From Perna viridis (Eukaryota), in contig CM074516.1 in the NCBI GenBank assembly GCA_037379345.1, forward strand, positions 30,541,626 to 30,605,625: 64,000 bases of DNA, read 5' to 3'. Both the position numbers and the translations under genes were made by a program. Below the pieces are notes generated by a model, which saw nothing but the letters and a program-made list of their open reading frames with translations, searched no databases and had not been told where the DNA came from. This document shows, in pieces, positions 53,401 through 64,000 of this stretch (positions are counted from its first letter, which is position 1; every line of letters starts with the position of its first letter).

Positions 53401-55715
53401 GTGGATCCAAGCATTTGTTAACAAGATTAAGCAGTAAACTGATTACATTGCAATTTCTCTTTTATTTTTTCAACTATATTGTTGTCCTATTGCAGGAAAT
53501 CCTATAGACTTAAAAAAACATCTAACATCTTTTGTCATATCCCATTTGTACCAATGTTTGTGTTGAAAAAAAAGAATGAATATAAATGCATTTCTGTGTC
53601 AATAATCTAAAATGGTCTGGGTTGACAATACCTCTCCAATACATTTCAAAATATTATCCAATGGATTTTTCCTGGTTTCATGGAACGGCTGAAAACACCA
53701 TAAGGCTATGGCTGAACCATGGAAGAGATTATGTAAATAAGCATTAATAGGAGTAAATCAAGGTGAATCATTTTTTTCTCTTTGAAAAAGTACAGAAGAC
53801 TGCACAAGGTCTAAAGCCACTAGCCTGTAAAATGGTTCATGCAACAAGAAATACATTAACATCCTGTCAGATATCAAGAAACAAAACAAGACAAACCAAA
53901 CTAAAAAATTAAATAATGTTGGTAGGAGAAGCAAGCAAATCAAAGCTAAGCTTGAATTCATGCACTGCAGAAACAACTAATGCTCTTCCAGCACATTTTT
54001 TATGTACTTATCAAAAGTACACCCCCCCCCCCCCACAATATCTGTCACTGTTTTCCTCGATACAATAAAATCTTATACTCTGCTGCTAAATCATACTGCC
54101 AATAGGAAACAATCGGTTCATCAAGCAGTTAAATCAGTCCATTTTGAAGTGAGACTTAAAAAAAGTAAAACCTTAAATTTTCTATCAAATGAAACTTTAA
54201 ACCTAGAAAATTGTAAATGAAAGAGCATTATTGAGAGTCCAGTAAAGTCAGTCCTGGGAAATTCATATTTTTTTCTCTAGGATGATTGACTACTAATTTT
54301 TGTCTATACTCTCTCAAAATACTATTAAATGTTCCTGGATCCTCCTAAGTATGATTCTCCATCTAATCTTACCAGCAAATCTTTATAACTAATAAAGACG
54401 CAAAGCTTATGACAAGGCATTTATTCTGTTAGTAGTACATATACATTATGCAACTGCAGCTATTTTGATACTGGTCCTAAAATTGAGCAAAAGGAAGATT
54501 GTCATATGACCAGATTCTACTTTGTCATGTGACCATATTACTACTTTGTCATGTGTAACATGCCAACTAATTATAAAAATTATAATATCTTTATACTTCA
54601 TTTTTTGTAAATGTTCTTGATATTAATCTATATTTCATAGACATTCTTTAATTCTTGGCTTTTTTCTAGAGTATTGCTTTCATATTGTATATGAATTAAC
54701 GAAAATTCGAAAAAATCAAGGAAAGCAATATAATCCTGAGGAAGAAAGTGTTAACAAGAAATCCCTCTACTCTATTCAAAGTTTTGTAGGTAGAAATGTT
54801 AAAAGGCAACATGAAACTTCAAATGACATAGAGAAAACAAACTTTAATGTATTAATGGACTTTTATAACAAACTATTATAAAAAAATAATTTTAAAAATA
54901 AAAAGTGTATGAATAAATATATGAGAAAACAGAATTACAAATGCTTGAACAAACAGACTCTGACTACAAAACTTTCAAAATGAGCAATTATACAATAAAA
55001 TGTTGCTAAATGATGCCAAGCAGAACCCCGAACAATTACCTCCCTTTATTTCAAACCGAAGTCTGTTGGACTTCCACAAAGATATCCAGTACTTCACTGT
55101 GTGTAAAATTAACAGTGAGAAAACCATATGGTGCAATAAAATACGACAAAACGTTTGCATTTAAAGGTTTCAATATAATGCTTTCAGGTTTGTTTGGCAA
55201 CATTTTCCCCAGTCGGCAACATTTTCCATACAACATGCACTCCAATAAAACAACTTCTTAAGCACAAAACTTCTATATATTTTGTACAATAAAAATTTCA
55301 ATACATTAAGATAAAATTACAATTTTCTAAAATATGTTTCAAACATGTAAATATAAAAGATTTAAGAAACCTAACAAAAAAGATAGGAAAGAAAGTGGTA
55401 CTTAACACAAATCAATGTGCCATTAGAGTAATACAATATTATCATAGAATACTTTTATGGTAATACTGACAATTGGAAAAACAATCATACAAACAACTTG
55501 CACAAGATAGAGATATCACAGTTCAATACGATATTATTTTTGATATACAATAAAATCTGGACGGATGTACTGTATAAATTATTCCGTGTAGAGTTTACTG
55601 GCAGTTCTTTATCATCTGGTTTCTTTGGTGAAGATTTCATTTGTAACACTTACCAATAGTTCTGATATTTTTTTCACATGTCCTTAAAACTTTCTCACGG
55701 TCAATGCTAACATAC

Positions 55716-55808
55716 TTAGTCATGTACCTCGACAATTAAAGGAGCGAGATATTGACTATGTCTGATTCCAAAAGATGGGGCTGGGGCTTGTTTCTTAGTT
55801 ATAGTGAC
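55716..55808 (-). CDS. ODF3: ODF3-like last coding exon, variant B
   Basis: tttcacag|GTC, 93 nt; VTITKKQAPAPSFGIRHSQYLAPLIVEVHD-TAA. Confidence 0.85.
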   Translation of the reverse strand, partial: VTITKKQAPAPSFGIRHSQYLAPLIVEVHD

Positions 55809-55839
55809 CTGTGAAAAGAAAAATAACCAAATTCCAACA

Positions 55840-55932
55840 TTAATCATGGACCTCAACAATGAGAGGTGCAACATAAGGTGAGTGTCTGATTCCAAATGTA
55901 GCAGCTGGCATTTGTCTCTTGTGTACCCAAAC
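55840..55932 (-). CDS. ODF3: ODF3-like last coding exon, variant A
   Basis: ttttag|GTT, 93 nt; VWVHKRQMPAATFGIRHSPYVAPLIVEVHD-TAA. Confidence 0.85.
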   Translation of the reverse strand, partial: VWVHKRQMPAATFGIRHSPYVAPLIVEVHD

Positions 55933-57951
55933 CTAAAACAGAAACAAGATCTTTAGCAATGTGTAAAATACAATAGTTGAACCCTTCACCTATGAAACCA
56001 TTTCACTTTCACCAGAAAATTCTCCTTTGAACCTTTTCCCTGTAAATTGTTAACTTTTCACTGCAAAGTTCAAAATGTTAAATGACTAGGTTTGTCTTGA
56101 ATACACTGATGTTGTTAGCTTTGTAAAATGTTTCTATTATAGTTTCTTTTTTGTTTAAAAAAAATCTGTCATGTATACTAACAATGATTCATTGTATTCA
56201 AAGACAAACATCAGTCTTGAAGTTTACAGAAATCAAAACCTTATCTAAGTCTTTCCATAAAGGTTCCTTCAAAATAAGTTAGATCATAAACAAACTTCAA
56301 ACAGTTAGAACAGATTACTTCCCCTGAATTCCTAAGAAAACAAAAGCTAGTTATCGTGTAGCATGTGTGTAAAGTTTCATGTACCAACTAAAACAATTAT
56401 CAGTCCTTTCGGCAGATTTAAAATTCCATGCTTAAATAATGCAGCAATAAAATAATTTTCTCTAGTGCTGTGTTTTCAATTTGTTCTATATTACACAAAT
56501 AATCAATTTTTTATTCCAAAAATCAAAAGAAACAAAAAGAAACAAATTATTTTCATTGAGCCATAAATAAATAATCTAAGTTGATATTCATGAAACATTG
56601 CAGACATGAAAGCAATAGGTAACATGCATTCCTTTTATAGCACCTATAGGCATTAAATCCTCTAAGGCTAAGCACCCATTATAGCTCTGGAACTACTGGA
56701 CAAAATGTCCCCAAACTAATACTCCATGCTTGTAATTTGGGATATCACTAAAACAGCTAATAAAAAATATACTATCTGGTTTTCTTTAAAGGATAAATGA
56801 TATAAAATTATAGTAGGATATAACAAGCAATAATTTAGTTATCAAATCAACGAAATCTGAAAAAAAGTTTCCTGATTTCAAAGAATGATTTATTTGCCAA
56901 TATTTTCTATAGATGCTAAAGAATACTATAGTTATTCCAAGATGAGATGGGTTTTACTTGTTCAACAAATAGAGAACTTTGTATCATATTGAAATAATTT
57001 TAGACAATTGAGTAATTTGTTTTTGGAAATGATCAAGTATAACCCATCTCAAATGAAAGATGTGATTCTAGGATTTCTAAACATTGTTTTTTTTTTTCCA
57101 CTTTCAAAAGTCTGTTTGATTGTTCTCTGTTCAATTCTATCTATGATCTATAAAGCTTTATTCTAAATAAATACATGTAGTAAAAAATAAAATCACATCT
57201 TTGAATTGGAATAAAGAATAAAATAATCATATATTACTTAATTAAATAGTCTGCAAATGACTAAGAACCAAATAGAAATGGAAAAAGAAAATTTTATCTT
57301 TGTAGCTCTATTGAGGAGAAGGGTGCAACAGATACCCATTAGAAATAGAAAAACAAATTAATTCAAGCTAGATCTCATGTTCTTAGTTCTATTGCATCCA
57401 AATATTTAAAGATTACAAATATCACTAGTCTTAAACTACTGTATTTCTAAGTTACCAGTCACAAGATTCAAATATCAAGATTATGTACACAGAAAGTTAG
57501 ATTTAACTATTGGAATACAGAAAATTTCCAATTTACTGCTCACTAGTTCCAAAAATATACTTTTCATTAATTAAAAAAAAATATCTACTTATGTTATGAA
57601 TAATGTTACCATGTGCATCTTTATATGTTTTGGACTTCCCTTTTCCAAAAAATTCTCATGGTAGAGTCAATTGTACATATTCAAATATTTGAAACTGACA
57701 GTCTACTTTTCCTTCATGACAGTTCTATTGCAGCCTCTCATTAAAAGGAGTCAAATTATTCTGAAAAGATATACCAGTAGTATATCTTCAAATATATCGC
57801 AATTTTGATCCTTTCAACCATTACAAATGATCTGACCCATCAGAGAGATCACTAGTAAGATGTTTCCATGCTGACACAAGAACTTCATGAAGACCAATGT
57901 ATAAAGATAAATTATCCAATCACCACATGGCATGGTTGTGTTGTTACTTAC

Positions 57952-58092
57952 AGTTTCTGGTGAATGAGCTCCAGGACCTGGTTTCTTGGTGGTATCTCCA
58001 GGCATGACATTTCTGCTAGTCATGCTGTATAGAGGTGCTTTATCCTTGTATATGCTGGGCTCACATACATTATATGTTCCAGCACCTGGAGC
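57952..58092 (-). CDS. ODF3: ODF3-like coding exon 3
   Basis: ttccag| ... ACT|gtaagt, 141 nt; APGAGTYNVCEPSIYKDKAPLYSMTSRNVMPGDTTKKPGPGAHSPET. Confidence 0.92.
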
Positions 58093-58339
58093 CTGGAAAC
58101 AAATATATTAGCTAAATACAGAATTGATAAATGATTCAAAGATTTATACAATTCTAACCACATTTTGAAAATTATGAACATAATTATTGTGTATCTAAAA
58201 TAGTTTGAACCTTAATCAGACCACATCTTCATGTAAGTAAGAGTAACACTTACCACAAATGGATAAATGTTTGTCCAACTGAATGGTGAATAGATTTTAC
58301 ACTTTCAAAATACCAATCTTTAAAATCCTCTATACATAC

Positions 58340-58464
58340 CTTGGCCAGATCTTCATGGAAACTTCCGATCTTTGATCGTCCTTTCATTGAGAAAATTGGA
58401 GCCTGTTTGTGGCCACTAGTATTAGTTTTTCCCATCATTGGGGTTAATGTGTAATTATTTGGAG
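58340..58464 (-). CDS. ODF3: ODF3-like coding exon 2
   Basis: tttcag| ... AAG|gtatgt, 125 nt, phase 1-0; APNNYTLTPMMGKTNTSGHKQAPIFSMKGRSKIGSFHEDLAK. Confidence 0.92.
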
Positions 58465-60134
58465 CTGAAAAATAACAATTTAGAATGTCAATTTCAATAA
58501 AATGCATCTTTATCATACCAGATTGAGTGTACATGTAAAACAGGACAAAGTCATAGCTCAAAAAGCATTAAGAAACATGAGAAATATGCTCAAGAAAAAT
58601 TTCTTGAATTTACCTTTTAATCATAACTTGTACAGCTCAAAAATAAAATCCTCCATATGATTACATCACCTTTGGAATCCTATTGTTAAGAAGTGTTAAT
58701 GACTATAGATAGTGATTTAGGTTAAAGTACAGAATTTACCAAAAATGTGAACCAATAGTATTGGAAATCACTTGAAGATACTTATGTGTAAATTAATTTT
58801 TTTTTCTATAAATTGAAAGCTATCAATCATTAAAAAAATTGAAGGGTTTGGGGCAATGATTTGGAAACCTTTGATTCTATACCTGAACTTAAACAACAAA
58901 TGGTTCACTACCTTTATCGTCTCCATTTAAACTTTACATGAATATAGTCAGAACACCTTGGTATTTAGTTTATGATAATTGTATTCTACACTATCTTTTT
59001 CCATTCACTTGACATCTAACCCTACATGGTTAAATCTATCCATGAGGTATTCTGCATCAAGATAGAACTTGTCTGGTATTTAATGGATACAAAACATATT
59101 AGGTTCACATTATACGATAACTGTTTAAATCACTTAATATGGAATGTACATGGAGCATTGATGTGACAGACTTAAAAATACTGATAGTGCCCATGGAGTA
59201 CTTTAAACATGTTCTATGTCCTTCCTCTTTAAAACATTATGCAACTTGAGAGAGTAGTCCCCCTTAATTATTCTAAAGTTTAAAAAAAATTATCCCAAAT
59301 TTCTTCCATTCTTTCAAAAGAAATTTAGTGCTAAATTCCATATTCAAATTCTTTTTTTGAGAAAACAGTAGTCAAATATATTGATAAAACACATAATATT
59401 TGCTTCAATGCTTATCAAAAATAATCTGATTATTTATTTGGTGTTAGGAAAGTACAAGTTTGGCAGGGAATTTGTAGTATGACCAATTTAGGATTACAAC
59501 AACAAATCAAGATCATTTTTCTGCAACAAACATGCATGTTTGACTGGGAATTTTGGGGGAGAGCAAATTTATTACTGAATATAGCTGAAAAATTCTTTTT
59601 CTTGAACCTTAAAAAATCAACACACACACAATTTGAACATTGTAATCTCAGTTAATATGATTCATTTTCATCCTTATAACAAAATGAACTGATTTCTGAA
59701 ACTATCAGTCATCAGTTTTGCAACCAAATATAAAATTTTGTCCAAAGCTATTGAACCCATGTGTGAAATGTGCATGTCTTACCATTTTTCTATTTCTTTT
59801 TAAATACACAAAGAAAAATCTATCAACAACAATTGACCAAATAATTAGTAAAGGAAAAGACATCAGGTACATTAAATGCATAATATAATGAGAATAAGAT
59901 ACATGGAAAACCACTCATTGAATTATCTCCCCTTCTGATGGAAAAAAAACAAAACAAAAAAAACAAGTAAACATGTGTAACTTTAAAGTACATTGTACAA
60001 GCAGACCAATAAGTAAACATTTTAGGATAAGAATTGAAATATCATATCGTTTCTATGCAAAACTGTTCTTTCAAATCTGCTAAATGTTTACACAGACCAA
60101 AATGAACAAAGTCAGGACTAAAACAAAAACCTAC

Positions 60135-60534
60135 CAGGTGTGTTGTCTGTTCTCCTGTGCCTGTGTCTTGTTCCAAAACTGTAGGCTGGGTGTTTAAAGT
60201 GGGCTGTTGGGCCAGAAGATTCTGGGCTGTAGGCTCCTGGTCCTGGGACCTTGAACATTGTGCCATCCTTTTGTCGGCTGTATAATGAGTAATGTGGGGT
60301 GCCATCTCCACCATCTCTGTATACTTTAGGATTGGGATAATAGCAAGGTCCTGGGCTGCAATCATCCTTGAATTTTCCGTGGCGAACACCAAAGGGGTAT
60401 GAAGGCATTTTTGTATGGACACTTCTAGGATCATGGGTTTTTTGTCCAACTAATCCTGGTAATCCATAACATGGGCCAGGGCTACTGTACATAGCAGCAA
60501 TTGGCCCTCTGGGTTTAGTATATTGATACACCAT
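60135..60534 (-). CDS. ODF3: ODF3/CIMAP1-like (SHIPPO-repeat axonemal protein), first coding exon
   Basis: MVYQYTKPRGPIAAMYSSPGPCYGLP... with SPGPCY/PGPGAY repeats and PxYSFGxRH motifs; exon starts at 60573 after tttcag; donor G|gtaggt. Confidence 0.93.
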
Positions 60535-61512
60535 TTTGAATGTTTACTACACGTTAAATCTCACTTTAATATCCTGAAAAAAGAAAGAAGTGTAAACTTT
60601 GTATCATTTTCTTGAGGACACCAAAGCATAAATTTATCTTTTGATAAACTTTTAATAATGAGGAACATGTCCTTTTCAAGTCATAAGTTGAGAATTGCAC
60701 CGAAAAAGTGCAGTTGCTAAGGCAATTCATGAAGTTATAATCATAATCTAAGGGTAAGGTCAAAACCCAGGGGTCAGAAAATCTTCAAACATTCAATAAT
60801 TTGGGATATTTAAGTCCTTGATGTATCTTTGAATGTCCACCTTTTTGTTTACATTTTTGTCCCTTGCGATTGATTTGTCAATAAATTTTATTTACTGTAT
60901 ACACAATAATTGTTTATAGACTACTTATAAACCCATCACACAGACATCATTGAGTATAACATTATCTTCTTCACTGATAAACACAGGTTACTTTAAAAGG
61001 ACAACAAATATTGTTCTGAATTAAGTTCTAAACCCTAAAAATGCTATTGCAAATGAGAACAACATTTTCCTTGCCAATGTTATTACTGGAATAATTGAAT
61101 TCTCAAGGAAAAAAAAGCCAAATATAGTACTATGACTATTAAAGTACTACCGGTATGTACCCAATTAATCCCTGAAAAATGAATTTAAGTTTCTTAAATT
61201 CAAACACTTTCTGTTATCAACAACATCTATTTATGATTTCCAATTCTGTCAATTTTCAAATAAATTTAAACAATGTCCCAGTTACCAATAAATATGGTTG
61301 CCATAGTATAATAGTTTCTTCAAAAGTCAATAGAGTTCTTAAAATTCCCACAGAAACATTTGTTGTCAAACAATTCAATACAAAAACTTTTCTATATGTA
61401 TACCAGTATCATCATATTTTCCATCACAATTGAACACCATAAAAGTTAAATTTTACAAGATTTTGTTATAAGAACATGACCAAGTCACATAAAATAAATA
61501 CAAATTTCTTAC

Positions 61513-61700
61513 CTCAGTAATTTAATCGTTTAAACAAAATAAAAAAGATAATAAACGTCAGCTATGTATATTTCTCATGCTATGATAACTGAGACCTAAT
61601 TGTATTGTGTTTGTCAATGGCAACCCAGCAACCAGTGTCAATACCTGAACGAACTTGTAAAACATTTAATTATTGGTCGATTCCTAAAGCTTGTGCCAAT
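61513..61700 (-). promoter_or_regulatory. Probable non-coding first exon and promoter of the ODF3-like gene, with RFX X-box-like half sites
   Basis: Strong minus-strand donor GAG|gtaaga at 61513/61512; GTTGCTGGGTTGCCATTGACAA (61611-61632) and GTTATCATAGCA (61578-61589) on -; CCAAT boxes near 61672-61700. Confidence 0.5.
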
Positions 61701-62432
61701 CAATCGATCTGGCACAAATTAATGCCTAACCAAGGCATTTAATTACCTTTTTATGTGTTGAATAATAGAAAGTATTAGGTGGAATTAATACAATAGCCTT
61801 AATCAAATCTGTATTTAATAATTTAATATAAATGGCAATGATAGCACATGAAAAAAATGGTGTTGAGGTGTTGGAAAACTGTTTTGACATTTTTTTTTAT
61901 TAAGTGCAAATTTGAATTTTTTGTAAAGGAGATTCTTTTGCCATTTACTTATTCAATATGAATCCAAAAATCAGAAAAATGCTTTTAATGGTTGGCCTTT
62001 CAAGTAGTTATTATATTTAGTCAGCTAAGAGCTTTCTTAATCCAACACTACAGATATACAATGTACTAAAGGAATAAACCTTTACCTTTGCTCAATATAG
62101 AGCATAACAGTACGTTGGTAAAGTTCGTGGGATAAAACTCAGTAGCCATAGAATAAAGGTAGCAAAACTGCACTTATAAATTTGTACAAAAGGTTATAAT
62201 AAATAATATTTATTCATCTTTAGATTCCTAGAATTATCAAGAGATTCACTATTTTATATTTTTTATGGTTTTCCTGCTGAGAGTAAAATGGAGTAAGTTA
62301 TCGAATTAATAATATTCATTATACAGATTGAAAATGTAACAGCAATCAAATCTGGACATACATAAATTTGAAAAGAGAAAAAAAAAGCATTTTATCTGCA
62401 AAAGAAATGTCTAGTGTCGCTCTAATCAATTG

Positions 62433-62493
62433 TCTGAATATAGCTGAAATATTGCTGCTTGGACATTAAACCCCAACAATCAATCAATCAATC
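62433..62493 (+). mobile_element. 5'-truncated SINE tail
   Basis: ctgaatatagctgaaatattgctgcttggacattaaaccccaacaatcaatcaatcaatc, same family as 3546-4056. Confidence 0.8.
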
Positions 62494-64000
62494 TCGAATC
62501 AAAAGTACTTTTATTTCACCAGACTAAATAGAACATGCCAGCATGTATTTATAAAAGGGAAGTAAAATGGACACTGGAAAACAACCATGCAATTTAAAAT
62601 GTTATAGAGTCAACTACTTGTAGAAAAGTATGTTACCCCATTACAAATTATTGAACATGCTAACTTGGGATCTCATGTCACTATTTCATGTCTCTGAAAC
62701 TTTTACCCTGGATTTCCCTACCCAATTCACTAATTTAATAGACACATAGTAAACAAAAGGAAAAGGGGAAATTGAACATTTCACAAACCTAAGAAACTTT
62801 ACCATTCCCATATATCTTATAACTTTTTAAAAGTTTCAATATGTTCCTGTCAATACCATGTATTTCAATGAACACAATTAATCAAGGTTAAAACAGTGAC
62901 ACATAAGTAATCAATATTGAATCTTGAACTGACTTCGGATAGTCTCAACTAAGTTTTTTTCAATCACTTTGTATCTGGGGAAAAGGCCTGACATGGAAAA
63001 CAGACACACACAACAAAGAACATATAATAACCCAAATGTAAGTTACAATTCAACTATGATTAAACTTCTGAATATTACCCTACTTTCATAGAGAGATAGG
63101 CTTTTTGAATATCTGTACACATCAACGATAACATCAGATGATTGATATAAAAAGCCAAGTCAAGTAAACATCATTTATAGTCAATACATGTAAATAACAA
63201 TAACTATTCTAGTTCAACAGAGCTTATAAACCAACATGTATGAGATTCTTTCTTTACTTTGTCCAGAATATTCTATATATATTAAAAAATCTCTTATAAA
63301 TCCTCTAGTGCATTACCTATTATCTGTAAATGACAGATTAAAAATTTCAAATAAAATTGGACAAATTGATAGAAATGCTGTACCATGTGGGATTCTCCTT
63401 TTTTCTGAGACAATTGGTACTAGTAAAGGAAACATAGTTACTTTTATAGATATAACTTGGTTTTCCCGAATTTCAGAAGATCTAAAGAAGACATTACAAA
63501 ATTTTGGAGAAGTACCAAGTAAATGGAGGACACAAGTGGATAGTATTAGGCAGAAACACAAATACAAGTATTTCAATTAGTTTGCGGCTAATCATTTGTT
63601 TTAAGTTTAGCCATAGTCAGTCACAAATCAATAAAATCATTTTCATATTTTACTGTGAGACTGTCTGAACATCTTCTAGTTTTGAGCATTAAGAATTTAA
63701 GTTATTTAATTGTATCTGTCTGTAGCAAGGGAAAATGATTGTCATTTTAGAATATTTTTTATATCACTGCACTTGCATTCTGGAATACATTCAAAAAACT
63801 TTGGGAAAGAAGTCGCATAATCAATCGACATGAAAAAAAAAAAAATACATCCATTCACACCATCATGAAACTTGACTGTGTCTTGAGGTCTTCATCGATC
63901 ATCATTGAAAACAATCAAAGAATATCGTAATAATGCTTGGTTTAAATGCTTCTGGTTTTAATTTCTAATTATCTATTATCATGACATCATTAAACTCACC

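Overview
AT-rich, intron-rich animal genomic DNA. The repeat types and the B-box gene suggest a bivalve such as a Mytilus-like mussel, but that is inference. (1) The 3' half of a NELL1/2-like gene lies on +, with 9 phase-consistent exons from 4213 to 40515 encoding five EGF domains and the C-terminal VWC region; its 5' part is outside the window. (2) A decayed B-box/coiled-coil/beta-propeller (TRIM/NHL-like) pseudogene is nested antisense in a NELL intron (26239-27966). (3) A complete ODF3/CIMAP1-like (SHIPPO-repeat) gene lies on - (55716-60534, ~252 aa) with two tandem paralogous last coding exons. The rest is minisatellites, MITE-like elements, SINE-like insertions and a retroelement remnant. 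Best leads: the duplicated ODF3 last exons; a 12-copy array of the NELL splice donor; a possible GPI-anchored truncated NELL isoform; and a heavily structured RNA at the exact 5' end of a TSD-flanked non-autonomous retroelement. All calls were made by eye with no searches run, so repeat boundaries are approximate.
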